64,000 bases of DNA, from contig NZFL01000034.1 of the NCBI GenBank assembly GCA_002690655.1, positions 38,708 through 102,707 of the forward strand, in the 5' to 3' direction. Below, one piece after another: positions 18,161-28,279 of the stretch (positions are counted from its first letter, which is position 1; each line of letters starts with the position of its first letter). Source of the DNA: Pedosphaera sp. Lineage in GTDB: Bacteria > Verrucomicrobiota > Verrucomicrobiia > Limisphaerales > AAA164-E04. Below the pieces are notes generated by a model that saw only the letters and a list, made by a program, of their open reading frames with translations, was not told the origin of the DNA and did not search any database. A program made the translations under genes and the position numbers.

Positions 18161-19201
18161 TCAAAGATTCAACTTGAGCAAATGAACCTCGAGAGCAAGG
18201 GTTTCCTGCACGTTGGTGTGAAGGACACGCTGAAGCTTTTCAATAAGGCGAATATTATCCAGCAGCTTCCCTGCATCCGTTCGTGTTGCCAGCTCATGAG
18301 AGGCTGGTGCGAGGTCGGGAAAGGTCAAAGTGGAGATCTCGGCTTGCAGGGACAGCAACCATGCATCCCGCAGCCACCACTCAAGTGCGTTGAACACATC
18401 CGTGCGTCGTCGTCGGTATTGCCCTTCGATTGCAGCCTTGAGTTCCTTGTCTCGTTTTTCACGGATTTTAGGTTCGACATCATTGGGTAAATCACCCAGA
18501 AAGCGGTCCTTCAAGCCATCTTCAATTTGATGCCTTGCCTCAGCAAGTTTCTCCATCAGGGTGTCCAATGCCTTGTATCGATCCAGCATCCCGGAATCTT
18601 TCGCCGCCAGTTGTCGTGCAAAAACTTCCAGCCATGATTGATGTTCGCTCTTCATGGTCGACGAGGAGTCGCCGGGGAAATTCAAGCGGAGACATCGGCT
18701 TTGAATCGTTTCAAGCAGTCGGTCTGGTTGGGTTGAGAGCAGGATCATCAACGAGTTTTCGGGAGGTTCCTCCAGTGTTTTCAGAAATGCATTCGCCGAT
18801 TGCTGGTTCATTCTGTCTGCATCTGCAATCATCCAGACCTTGGTTCGTGCATCATTTGCCTTCAGATGCAGGGTCTCCATTAACTGACGTATTTGCGGCA
18901 GGGTGATCAGTCTCGACTTTGATTCAGGGCGGATCCATTGCACATCACCGTGGTGGTCGGCGCTGATCTGTTCACATGTCGTGCAATGATCGCAATACTC
19001 GGCAACATTACTGGGCGAGGGCTCACTGGCATGGGTTGCCTGGGTACAATTCACTGATTTGGCGAAGGCCACGGCGGCTCGGTCAAGTGTCTCTCTGTCT
19101 GCGCCGGTGAACAGATAAGCGTGCCCAATGCGTGCGCTCTCAATGCTCTTTTTTAAAATGCCCAAGGTTGGGATCTCCGATATGAGTTCTGCAAAAGCCA
19201 T
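18161..19201 (-). CDS. holB: DNA polymerase III delta-prime subunit
   Basis: 346 aa: IGHAYLFTGADRETLDRAAVAFAKSVNC, Cys cluster CDHCTTCEQI, NAFLKTLEEPP, LETIQSRC. Confidence 0.85.
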   Translation of the reverse strand: MAFAELISEIPTLGILKKSIESARIGHAYLFTGADRETLDRAAVAFAKSVNCTQATHASEPSPSNVAEYCDHCTTCEQISADHHGDVQWIRPESKSRLITLPQIRQLMETLHLKANDARTKVWMIADADRMNQQSANAFLKTLEEPPENSLMILLSTQPDRLLETIQSRCLRLNFPGDSSSTMKSEHQSWLEVFARQLAAKDSGMLDRYKALDTLMEKLAEARHQIEDGLKDRFLGDLPNDVEPKIREKRDKELKAAIEGQYRRRRTDVFNALEWWLRDAWLLSLQAEISTLTFPDLAPASHELATRTDAGKLLDNIRLIEKLQRVLHTNVQETLALEVHLLKLNL

Positions 19202-19220
19202 GACTTGAGCCGTGCTGCAA

Positions 19221-20039
19221 TCAGTGGATGGGAATGGCTTTGAGATGAGACATTTCCATCCAGCCCAGTTCTCCCTTGGTGTTGCGGATTTGCCGCCATT
19301 GGTTCTTTTCTGCCAGCAGTTGAACCTCTTCGCCGGTTTTCATTTCGCTCAGATTCTTTGAGTCAGAAAAAGGGCTCGAATGAAGTGGAGCTCGGTCAGT
19401 AATGACCACTCCTACTCGCTGCCCTGAAATCGTCCAAGCAATGATTGCCAATAAACAAGCGCCAGGGCCGATCATCCACCCGAATGCGGATCTCATCCCC
19501 TTCCATTTTGCTGAAGCCGTTAGTAATTGAGCGGTTTTTAAAACGCAATATCCCCAGAAGGGTAATGATGTCAGAATGAACCAGGTGTTCAGTGGAAGGG
19601 TGCGTATCCATTGACGCCAGGCAGAAGAGATGCCTCCTGAAGGTAAGCCCGCCGTATCTCTTGTGAATTTCAGGTTGGCTTGCACATCCGCATCGAGTGG
19701 GTCTAGCGTTTGAGCCATCAAATAATGGTATATGGCCATTCCCGTTTTGTTTTGGCGAAAGTAAGCATTTCCCATATTGAAATGAACGGCGGGAGTTTGG
19801 ATTCCTGACTCGATCAGGCTGTTGTATTCAACTATTGCGGTCTCAAATTCACCTTGTTCAAATAATCTGTTGGCTTGATCGAATCTCGATTCATTTCCTT
19901 TCACGCTCAACGCGATCATTGCGATCGCAAACATCAGCATAAGACGTCTTAGGGAAACAGAGAGATGAATGCAGGCATTCCCTTCAGCGCAATAATCCTG
20001 TTTCAGGGTTTTGAAATTATGGGGTGAAGGATTAACCAT
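19221..20039 (-). CDS. TPR-repeat / bacterial SH3-domain membrane protein (BatE-like)
   Basis: 272 aa. TPR region (ANRLFEQGEFETAIVEYNSLI...HFNMGNAYFRQNKTGMAIYHYLMAQTLDP), central TM helices, and a C-terminal SH3b-like segment (TGEEVQLLAEKNQWRQIRNTKGELGWMEMSHLKAI). Confidence 0.65.
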   Translation of the reverse strand: MVNPSPHNFKTLKQDYCAEGNACIHLSVSLRRLMLMFAIAMIALSVKGNESRFDQANRLFEQGEFETAIVEYNSLIESGIQTPAVHFNMGNAYFRQNKTGMAIYHYLMAQTLDPLDADVQANLKFTRDTAGLPSGGISSAWRQWIRTLPLNTWFILTSLPFWGYCVLKTAQLLTASAKWKGMRSAFGWMIGPGACLLAIIAWTISGQRVGVVITDRAPLHSSPFSDSKNLSEMKTGEEVQLLAEKNQWRQIRNTKGELGWMEMSHLKAIPIH

Positions 20040-20064
20040 TTTCTACACGAACAATCTGAAAAAT

Positions 20065-20862
20065 TTATCTTTGCCTGAAATACGGATCAAAGTATTTATC
20101 CTCGAAACGTCCCTTTTGGGCTTGAAGCACCTTTTCATTTTTCCAGCTTTCTATATGGCCATCAACAAACCCCATATTTATCCGCCCATTGTGTGTGATA
20201 AAAGCGCCTCTCGAAGCGGTTCCTCCTGGAGTGAAACTGGCATTGCGCATGGTTGCAGGGTCTTCGTTAATGAGTAATAATTTTTCCGAAGGGGTGGCCA
20301 CCGCACCTGCCTTGACTCCTTTTGGGCCTGTATTGCGACCTTGAGCGAGCGACTCGTCTCTGTCGATTTTTGAGTTCATGCTGAAATTAACCCTCAAAGC
20401 TCTTCCATGGGCTTTCGTACTTGGGCAGCGGTAAACATCGTAAACATTGGTGTGGCGCTCACTGTATGGTAACTGAGCCTGGCCGGTTACGTAAGGAAAG
20501 ACGGATCCTGATTCGGCATGAAAACCGAAGCTTCGGGATTTCCACCTGTTGGGAGTATCGGCATAGGTGTCAGATTGCCCTCCATGCACCCAATCGGGCT
20601 TTAAATTGCGATCTACCCCCCCAGACCAAGGCAGAAAGTCGTTGTTGTCATCGACATACATCAACATGCCCAATGTGATCTGGCGCATATTACTCTTGCA
20701 AACGGTGCTTCTGGCGCCTTCCTTTGCTTTGGAAAGAGCCGGTAATAACATACCAGCGAGAATGGCTATGATGGCAATTACCACCAGTAACTCAATTAGG
20801 GTGAAAGCAGTAATTCGTTGCTGATTCCAATGCATTTGTTTGCTGGATGAGTCACTTCTCAT
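20065..20862 (-). CDS. Prepilin-type N-terminal cleavage/methylation domain protein (PVC H-X9-DG-like family)
   Basis: [30 protein letters not shown] near the N-terminus, and [13 protein letters not shown] near the C-terminus. Confidence 0.85.
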   Translation of the reverse strand: MRSDSSSKQMHWNQQRITAFTLIELLVVIAIIAILAGMLLPALSKAKEGARSTVCKSNMRQITLGMLMYVDDNNDFLPWSGGVDRNLKPDWVHGGQSDTYADTPNRWKSRSFGFHAESGSVFPYVTGQAQLPYSERHTNVYDVYRCPSTKAHGRALRVNFSMNSKIDRDESLAQGRNTGPKGVKAGAVATPSEKLLLINEDPATMRNASFTPGGTASRGAFITHNGRINMGFVDGHIESWKNEKVLQAQKGRFEDKYFDPYFRQR

Positions 20863-21024
20863 GTTGGATCATTAGACTGTTAAAGCGGTCTATAAGACAA
20901 GAATAAAAGACTCAACGCCGGGACTCATTCGGCACTCCCCGATTCTTTGCCGAGCGATTCAATCCTACTTGAAATTTTCCGACTTGAATGTAGTCTTAGC
21001 ATTACGTCTTTAACTCCTCGCAGC

Positions 21025-21813
21025 ATGAATGTTTTTACCAGAAAAGTAATTTTGGCTTGGCGATGGCCATTGACTTTGCTTGTTCTCGGAGGAATGGCGA
21101 TGCTCATGGTGCTTCTATGTTTTGTATTTGCCGGATCCTTGTTGAATCAGAATTTCCAAAACGGTCTCAAAACTTCACAAAAGGCCCTGCAAGACCTGAG
21201 CCAGCTTCTAGGGGGAGGCACACGTGTTTCATTGAAAGAATCGTTTCTGGCAGGTATTCCGGAGATCAGTGATGCCGGGGGAGGGCGTTTGGAATTAGCC
21301 AAGGTGGACCGTGTTGAGATCCTGAAATCCGAAGATCGCATGTCTTTGTTCTGGGATCATTTTTCTCTGGGGACTTCCATTGCTGAAATTCGAGTGCCCG
21401 TGACTTACCGCTACTATGTCAATTTGGACGGTCCGTGGGAAATTGAAGCCCAGGGAAATGTTTGTTATGTTCGAGCTCCTCGTCTGAGGGCGATGCTTCC
21501 TCCTGCGATTCATTTGAACCGCATGGAAAAGCGAAGCCAGAATGGTTGGGCTCGCTTTGGCGCTGAGGACCAGCTTGATTCGCTTGAAAAGGATATGTTG
21601 CCAACGCTGGCCCAATACGCGGAGAACGAAACCGTCATGATTCTAGTGCGCGATCAAGCGCGGAAATCAATGACACGATTCATCAGTAACTGGTTCTTGA
21701 ATCAGTTTCCAGACGCCTATGAAGAAATTAAGCTGGTAGAAGTGACATTTACAGATGAGCCTCCGACTGATTCTGGTTCAGGATCTCAGCCACTGATAAT
21801 GCCCCATGAGTGA
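21025..21813 (+). CDS. Hypothetical N-terminally anchored protein (DUF4230-like architecture, tentative)
   Basis: The ORF is open from the TTG at 20947. The ATG at 21025 gives MNVFTRKVILAWRWPLTLLVLGGMAMLMVLLCF (TM anchor) followed by a roughly 230-aa soluble domain. No catalytic motif was recognised. Confidence 0.5.
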   Translation: MNVFTRKVILAWRWPLTLLVLGGMAMLMVLLCFVFAGSLLNQNFQNGLKTSQKALQDLSQLLGGGTRVSLKESFLAGIPEISDAGGGRLELAKVDRVEILKSEDRMSLFWDHFSLGTSIAEIRVPVTYRYYVNLDGPWEIEAQGNVCYVRAPRLRAMLPPAIHLNRMEKRSQNGWARFGAEDQLDSLEKDMLPTLAQYAENETVMILVRDQARKSMTRFISNWFLNQFPDAYEEIKLVEVTFTDEPPTDSGSGSQPLIMPHE

Positions 21814-22330
21814 GTTGTTCATCATGCGGCATGGTAAGGCGGAGGATGCGAGCCTTCACACTGGGTATGCTGACCGACCTCGCCGATTGACCTCTGAAGG
21901 AATTGCAAACATTCAGGCAATGATGCCAGCACTTCGACAATTTGATCTGATTCCAGGTCAAATTGTCTCCAGTCCCTTCCCCCGAGCTGCAGAGACAGCA
22001 CGCATCATGCATCAGGGACTCAAAGTCATTCATAGTGTGCAATACATGGATGCCTTGGGAGCGGACAAATCCATTTTTGCTTTTTTTGAGAACAATCTGG
22101 CTTCTTTGTTGGAAAGTGAGCAGCGTTTAATGATTGTAGGTCACGAACCTTGTTTGAGCGGATTGGCAAGTCTCCTTATTTCCGGGCGCATCGACTCCCG
22201 TATTCAATTGAAAAAGGCAGGCATGATTCACCTCGAATGCTTCACCACAGAAGGCAAATGCCGTGGTATTCTCAAAGGTCACTGGACCTCGAAGTTTCTG
22301 CGGTCGTTTCGCTTTTCCTGTTCGGGGTAA
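21806..22330 (+). CDS. sixA: Phosphohistidine phosphatase SixA-like (histidine phosphatase superfamily)
   Basis: 174 aa. It has LFIMRHGKAE (RHG motif), RRLTSEG and MIVGHEP. It overlaps the upstream gene by 8 nt. Confidence 0.7.
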   Translation: MSELFIMRHGKAEDASLHTGYADRPRRLTSEGIANIQAMMPALRQFDLIPGQIVSSPFPRAAETARIMHQGLKVIHSVQYMDALGADKSIFAFFENNLASLLESEQRLMIVGHEPCLSGLASLLISGRIDSRIQLKKAGMIHLECFTTEGKCRGILKGHWTSKFLRSFRFSCSG

Positions 22331-22335
22331 TTAGA

Positions 22336-23235
22336 TCAGTTTTCTCCTGCGGGTCTTATTGGTGATTCGCGCTCTGCCGCATGTGCTTGAAGCCATTTGA
22401 GGTCTGGATTACCTTCTGATGTCACAAAATGCAGGATGGTTTTGTTGGTGATCGTTCTTTGATCCTTCCATTTCAATGTTTCGACATGGCCGTCGACAAA
22501 GGCAGCCGCTCCCCGACCGTTGTGGTAAGCGCCCGGGATGTGGAAAAATTGCTCGCTTGTTCCCATTTTTGTAATAAATCCCGAATAGCATATGCTGTCT
22601 GAATTGACATCGATGAATGTGAATACATCACTTGCCTTGATTCCCGCCAATTGAGACGGCTTGGAATAAGCGTGATAGCCAGCCCCATAATTCACTGCAC
22701 CGGGAAATACCCACCCAAAGAAAGCATTCAAAGAATAACTCCTTACCCCGCGATAGTTTACACCCTGGAAAAAAGTGGGCCTGCGATCTGCCGGGCATTT
22801 GTAGGTATTGGCTGAGCTCACATAGCCCCCCTGAGCGAAAGCCGAGTAGGAAGGGTTTGTCAGCAATTGTGAGTTGGTGTGCATGAATCGTTCCACATGG
22901 GTGCCACCTGATACCCATGGGCGTTGGAGGCCAAGTGTGGCACTTTCAACATAGCCATTTGGCACCATTTTTCCGTGATCTTCTGCATACAGCAGCCATG
23001 CAATATTGAGCTGCCGCTGATTATTGATGCAGTAGGCCTTATGTGCTGCTCCTTTTGCTTTTGAGAGTGCCGGTAGCAGCATGCTTGCAAGAATAGCAAT
23101 GACACTGATGACAACAAGCAATTCTATCAAGGTGAAACCTCGGGAAAGGTTTCGCCTCACTGCCGCGAATGCGATGAATATCGATTGAATGTATGAGCTT
23201 CTTAACATGTGTGATCCTGATCCACCCCTTGGCAT
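22336..23235 (-). CDS. Prepilin-type N-terminal cleavage/methylation domain protein
   Basis: [30 protein letters not shown] ... [13 protein letters not shown]. Confidence 0.85.
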   Translation of the reverse strand: MPRGGSGSHMLRSSYIQSIFIAFAAVRRNLSRGFTLIELLVVISVIAILASMLLPALSKAKGAAHKAYCINNQRQLNIAWLLYAEDHGKMVPNGYVESATLGLQRPWVSGGTHVERFMHTNSQLLTNPSYSAFAQGGYVSSANTYKCPADRRPTFFQGVNYRGVRSYSLNAFFGWVFPGAVNYGAGYHAYSKPSQLAGIKASDVFTFIDVNSDSICYSGFITKMGTSEQFFHIPGAYHNGRGAAAFVDGHVETLKWKDQRTITNKTILHFVTSEGNPDLKWLQAHAAERESPIRPAGEN

Positions 23236-23344
23236 GCCGGACTAAGAAAACGATTAACAGTTACAATCCAGCATGTTTTGTTCCATGTCAAAAACTGGTT
23301 TTGATTTTGATTGTTTTTCGGGGTGGTTCAATTTGAATATATGG

Positions 23345-24901
23345 ATGATGTTATCCAACCCAATTGCCAACCGATCCCTTTCATTGGGTTGGAATTTTTT
23401 AATCGTCCTTCTCCTGACATTGGGAATCAATGGAATCATCCTGGCGAAAGCCAAACCGAATATTGTGTTGATCATGTGCGACGACATGGGCTGGTCCGAT
23501 ATAGGTTGCTACGGGGGAGAGGTGCGAACACCTCATCTGGATCGACTAGCCTCCGAAGGTTTGAGGTTTACCCAATTTTATAATAGTGCGAAGTGTACGA
23601 CCACTCGTGCTGCACTTTTGACCGGACTGTATCCCCGCCAGAAAAAGGGACCTTTGCTCAAGGGATCAATGGTGACACTTGGTGAGTCATTGCAGTTGGG
23701 TGGCTATCAGACTTCGATGAGTGGAAAGTGGCATCTGGGGTCAACCAAGCCCAGACGCCCTGTCGATCGTGGGTTTCAAGAATATTATGGATTAATGGAT
23801 GGAGGTTGTCATTATTTCAACCCAGTAAAACCTGATCCTGATTTCAAAAAGAATCGCATACGCGTCTTCGGTCAGAATGAGACAATTATTACAGAATTTC
23901 CAAAGGATTTTTACACAACGGATGCTTTCACTGATCACGCAGTAATCAACATTCAGAGGATGGCCAAAAGCGATGCCCCTTATTTCATGCATGTTTGCTA
24001 TACGGCACCGCACTACCCACTGCATGCGCCCGAAGAAGACGTTCAAAAGTATCTGGGTAAATACAAGGAAGGATGGGAAAAATTAAGGGGCGTTCGTCAC
24101 AAAAAGCTGGTCCGGTTGGGGCTCATTGATGCGGGGTGGAAGTTGCCGTCGGCTGATCCTGAAGCTGGTAACTGGGAAGATCAAAAAGACAAGGATTGGC
24201 AGGATCGAAGAATGGCGGTTTATGCCGCTATGATCGATCGAATGGACCAGGGTATTGGCCGAATATTGGATGCCATCGAGGAATCCGGAGAAACAGACAA
24301 TACCATGATTCTTTTCCTTTCTGATAACGGGGGCTGCGCTGAAACATATTCACAAGATCGCTCTGAGAACATTCCGGGCAGCTCTGAACATTACATGACC
24401 TGTGGCCCAGGTTGGGCATCTGCTCAAAACACACCGTTTCGACGTTTTAAAAGCTGGATGCATGAAGGCGGTATTTCGACTCCGCTCATCGTTCGTTGGC
24501 CTGATGTCATTCAACCCAATACCGTGACACATCAAGTGGGGCACATCATCGATTTCATGCCTACTTTTCTTGAAGCGGCTCAGACGGATTATCCCAATGT
24601 TTTTAAAGGTAATTCCATCATCCCGTTAGAAGGCAAAAGCCTGATTCCCATCTTCATGGGGCAACAGCGGGAAGGACACGGAATTCTATGGTGGGAATTT
24701 ACTGGCAATCGCGCCGTGAGGGAAGGGAATTGGAAATTGGTCTGGGATCGCAAAATTCAAAATTGGGAGCTTTATCACATGCGCCATGACCGCACCGAAA
24801 TGGTAGATCTGGCATTGCAGTATCCTGATAAGGTCAGAAAAATGGCATCTTCCTGGAGCAGCTGGGCCATCAATACGGGCGCTTTCTCTGGCCAGAAATG
24901 A
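23345..24901 (+). CDS. Arylsulfatase-family (S1 sulfatase) enzyme, secreted
   Basis: PNIVLIMCDDMGWSDIGCYGGE, sulfatase signature region YNSAKCTTTRAALLTGLYP, GKWHLG, LFLSDNGG. The ATG at 23345 (MMLSNP..., signal peptide) is preferred over 23273. Confidence 0.9.
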   Translation: MMLSNPIANRSLSLGWNFLIVLLLTLGINGIILAKAKPNIVLIMCDDMGWSDIGCYGGEVRTPHLDRLASEGLRFTQFYNSAKCTTTRAALLTGLYPRQKKGPLLKGSMVTLGESLQLGGYQTSMSGKWHLGSTKPRRPVDRGFQEYYGLMDGGCHYFNPVKPDPDFKKNRIRVFGQNETIITEFPKDFYTTDAFTDHAVINIQRMAKSDAPYFMHVCYTAPHYPLHAPEEDVQKYLGKYKEGWEKLRGVRHKKLVRLGLIDAGWKLPSADPEAGNWEDQKDKDWQDRRMAVYAAMIDRMDQGIGRILDAIEESGETDNTMILFLSDNGGCAETYSQDRSENIPGSSEHYMTCGPGWASAQNTPFRRFKSWMHEGGISTPLIVRWPDVIQPNTVTHQVGHIIDFMPTFLEAAQTDYPNVFKGNSIIPLEGKSLIPIFMGQQREGHGILWWEFTGNRAVREGNWKLVWDRKIQNWELYHMRHDRTEMVDLALQYPDKVRKMASSWSSWAINTGAFSGQK

Positions 24902-26085
24902 TCGCTTTATTTCGATCATCACGAACTGGAGAAAACCAGGCATTTGTTTATCTGTTCGTTAACTTTCTACTTTTTGGCGGAATTGCAACCACGGTAGGTG
25001 CCACCTTACCTTTGGTCATCCGCGAATTCGGCTGGAATTACCTTGCTGCAGGTTGGATTTTTGCTGGCAGTGCCGCAGGTTTCTTTGTGTCCACCTTTGT
25101 CACAGGCATGATACTGCCGAGTTGGGGGGGGCGCAACGTGATGTTGGTGGGCCTGATTCTTCAAGGACTTGGAATTGGGCTTTTTGGATGTTTTGACTCC
25201 CTGGCTGCGAACTTGATCATTTTCATCGTACTTGGTTTGGGACAGGGGGCGGTGGAAGTCACAACCAATGTTTCCGTGGTCAATATTGAAGCTCCAGGCA
25301 AAAGCCGCTTGATGAACCTTGTTCATTCAGCTTTCACTGTAGGAGCCATGATTGCTCCTTTCCTTGCAGGCTTTCTCGTCTGGTGGGATGTCTCATGGCG
25401 TGTTGTCTATATCGTCATGGGCTTTCTCTGCCTGTGCATGTTGGCTTGGACTTGGCAGGCTCGCTGGCTTCACGAGGCGAGCGAATCTTCCAGTGTATCC
25501 AATGAAGCTAACAAGAGAAAATTGTTTTGTGATCCTCTCCTGCTTTTATTGTCAGGAACGATATTTTTCTATGTGGGAGCCGAAATTGGGATTTCAAATT
25601 GGATCGCAGAGTATTTTGTTGAAATACATCAATCTTCAGCTTCGTTCGGTGCATTGATGGTTTCAGTTCTGTGGTTCGGCGTTTTTCTGGGGAGAATTGG
25701 TATTAGCGTTGGATACCGGGGCAATCAATTAGTCAAGTTGCTGGTCATCTGCTCTCTAGCGTCCTTTTTATTTCTTGGCTTGGCTGTCTGGAGTGTCAGC
25801 ATATGGTGGGCCGGCCTATTTTTCTTTCTTACGGGGATGGGTTTCTCAATCATTTACCCCTGTGTGATGTCGATTATTGGTCTCAAGTTTAAAAAAGGCC
25901 AAAGCGCGGCAATAGGTCTCGTATCCACCAGTGGCGGTGTTGGAGTCTGCATCTTTCCTTTTGTCATGTCGGCGGTTTCTGAACAATCAGGTCTGATTAC
26001 CGGATTTTTGTTTTATTGGATGCTGACAGCCTTGATGTGTATCTGTGCCTGTTTGGTGATCATGCTTTTTAAGCGTGAGGTCTAG
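24898..26085 (+). CDS. MFS transporter (sugar/FHS-like)
   Basis: 395 aa, about 12 TM helices. Its start overlaps the sulfatase stop (ATGA), which suggests co-translation with the sulfatase. Confidence 0.85.
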   Translation: MIALFRSSRTGENQAFVYLFVNFLLFGGIATTVGATLPLVIREFGWNYLAAGWIFAGSAAGFFVSTFVTGMILPSWGGRNVMLVGLILQGLGIGLFGCFDSLAANLIIFIVLGLGQGAVEVTTNVSVVNIEAPGKSRLMNLVHSAFTVGAMIAPFLAGFLVWWDVSWRVVYIVMGFLCLCMLAWTWQARWLHEASESSSVSNEANKRKLFCDPLLLLLSGTIFFYVGAEIGISNWIAEYFVEIHQSSASFGALMVSVLWFGVFLGRIGISVGYRGNQLVKLLVICSLASFLFLGLAVWSVSIWWAGLFFFLTGMGFSIIYPCVMSIIGLKFKKGQSAAIGLVSTSGGVGVCIFPFVMSAVSEQSGLITGFLFYWMLTALMCICACLVIMLFKREV

Positions 26086-26117
26086 TGATTGATGCGCAGA
26101 CTCCGCTCATGTCATCC

Positions 26118-28130
26118 TCACCCTTGAATGCGTCCGAATTTTTTTTCCAGCTCGTTGAAGCTCATCTCCATGAGAGTAGGTCTGCCGTGTGGGCAGGTGT
26201 AAGGCATATCGCAAATCTTCAAATCATCGAGTAATTTTTCAAGTTCCGGTCCACGCAGCATGTCGTTGGCCTTTACCGCGTGCCGACATACAGTCTTGGC
26301 AATGACGTCTTCGCCCAAACGCAGCTTATTGACATCGCCGGATTCTTTCAATGTGTCGATGACATCGAGAATGAACTGCCGCATGTTTTTTGTTTTCACG
26401 AAAGGGGGTAAGGCATCAAGGATGAAGGTCTGGTCGCCAAATTCTCTCAGTTCCACGCCTAGATTCTGAAATTTGCTTATTACTTTATGAACAAATTGAG
26501 TGTCTCTTGGGTTGAGTTCAATTGTTTCAGCCAGCAGCAATCGCTGGGAAGGTGCTTCTCCATGCTCCAATTCCTTGAGCATTTTTTCAAACAGGATCCG
26601 CTCATGAGCCGCATGCTGATCGAGCAGCACAAGGCCACGATCAGATTCCAGCAGGACATATAACTTACCCAACACACCAATGATCCGCATGGGAACCGCC
26701 AGCAAGGGGGTCGGAGCTCCAATGTTCGATAAAATTGGGGGAGTCTCTGTCGCTGTCGAGGGTGATGGTATTTCGATGCTCGCATCCTGATGTGTGCGAG
26801 GTTCCCAATCAGATGCTGTTTGGTTATTCGGCTGAGATTTAGGTTGATTCAATGACCTGGATGGATCTTTTGGAGAACTCTTGGGGGGTATGCCTTCGAA
26901 GGAAGGAAGAGAGATGACGTCCGATTTGGGTATCATGGGGCTCGACGGAGACGTCGACTCAGTGCCCTGATGAATGTCTTTGCTTTGTTCAGTCGATGTT
27001 GATTCTGCGACATCCCTTTCCTGTTGTTCGTTGCTTCCCCGTGCTGTGGGCGAAGGCCCCATGGCAAAGTGCAACAAAGTTCGCTTTACAGCCCTCACTG
27101 CACATTGTTTCACCGCATACTCATTATGAAATCGAATCTCTTTTTTAGCTGGATGGACGTTCACGTCGACAAATGCAGGCGAAAGCTCGAAAAACAGACA
27201 GCATACTGGAAATTTACCTTTCATTAGAGAGGTATGATAAGCCTCCTTGAGAGCAAAATTCAGGGCCCGGTTTTCTATGGGGCGCTGATTGACAAAAAGG
27301 TGTTGGTCCGCACGACTAGATCTGGAGACGCCTGGTGCGCCAATGAATCCCCAGATGCGAACAGGATGTTCTTCGAAATATTCCTTTTCCTCGTCCCGCA
27401 CTTTCGTCTGGATGGCATCTGTGAATTCAGCAGGCAGAAGGCGAACCTCATCTGCATACAGGAATGTCAAACGTTCCTTGAGAGCCTGCATCCTCGATTC
27501 CACGGTATCTTCCATGGCAATGGGATTGAGTTGCCATACGGTGCGTTTGTCTTGAATGAACTTGAATCCAATTTGCGGGTGCGCCAGCATTGCGAGAGTC
27601 AAGTAATGTTGAATGTGGCTTTTTTCTGTTTCTTTTGTTCTTAGAAATTTGCGTCGTGCTGGCATGTTGAAGAACAACTGCCTGACTTCAATGCACGTTC
27701 CCACAGGGCTTGACGCAGCCTCAACATGAACCATTTTACCACCTTGTACCACAATACGCGTCGCTTCACCATTTTCATTTTCACGTTCTCTGGTGGTCAG
27801 GGTAAATCGACTGACACTGGCAATGCTGGGCAGGGCTTCACCTCGGAAACCCATGGTTTGTATCTCTGTCAGATCGTTTGCCTCTCTGATCTTACTGGTG
27901 GCATGTCGCTCAAGACACATGAGCGCGTCATCGCGCTGCATGCCTGCTCCATCATCGGTAATGCGAATAAGACTGCGTCCTCCCGCATCGATCTCCACCG
28001 TGATGCGCTTGGCTTGAGCATCGATGGCGTTTTCAACCAGTTCCTTGACAACACTGGCAGGCCTTTCAACCACCTCGCCGGCAGCGATCTGATTGGCAAC
28101 ATGGTCAGGCAGCATTCGAATGCGATTCAT
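26118..28130 (-). CDS. mutL: DNA mismatch repair protein MutL (endonuclease-type)
   Basis: IRMLPDHVANQIAAGEVVERPASVVKELVENAIDA (GHKL ATPase), Pro/Ser-rich linker. The C-terminal domain carries DQHAAHERILFE (DQHAxxExxxxE) and CPHGRPT, the MutH-independent nicking motifs. Confidence 0.95.
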   Translation of the reverse strand: MNRIRMLPDHVANQIAAGEVVERPASVVKELVENAIDAQAKRITVEIDAGGRSLIRITDDGAGMQRDDALMCLERHATSKIREANDLTEIQTMGFRGEALPSIASVSRFTLTTRERENENGEATRIVVQGGKMVHVEAASSPVGTCIEVRQLFFNMPARRKFLRTKETEKSHIQHYLTLAMLAHPQIGFKFIQDKRTVWQLNPIAMEDTVESRMQALKERLTFLYADEVRLLPAEFTDAIQTKVRDEEKEYFEEHPVRIWGFIGAPGVSRSSRADQHLFVNQRPIENRALNFALKEAYHTSLMKGKFPVCCLFFELSPAFVDVNVHPAKKEIRFHNEYAVKQCAVRAVKRTLLHFAMGPSPTARGSNEQQERDVAESTSTEQSKDIHQGTESTSPSSPMIPKSDVISLPSFEGIPPKSSPKDPSRSLNQPKSQPNNQTASDWEPRTHQDASIEIPSPSTATETPPILSNIGAPTPLLAVPMRIIGVLGKLYVLLESDRGLVLLDQHAAHERILFEKMLKELEHGEAPSQRLLLAETIELNPRDTQFVHKVISKFQNLGVELREFGDQTFILDALPPFVKTKNMRQFILDVIDTLKESGDVNKLRLGEDVIAKTVCRHAVKANDMLRGPELEKLLDDLKICDMPYTCPHGRPTLMEMSFNELEKKFGRIQG

Positions 28131-28279
28131 GCCAACACTCTAAATACTCCGAGCCGCGGTGGGCAATCACCCTTTTGCATGGAATTGAGAGGGCGCTTAT
28201 TCCAACTGTCTTTCTCTATTGTATGAAAAACCACAATAGGTATCTTCATTGAAAGGTTCATGAGGGCTTGTGCTAGATT

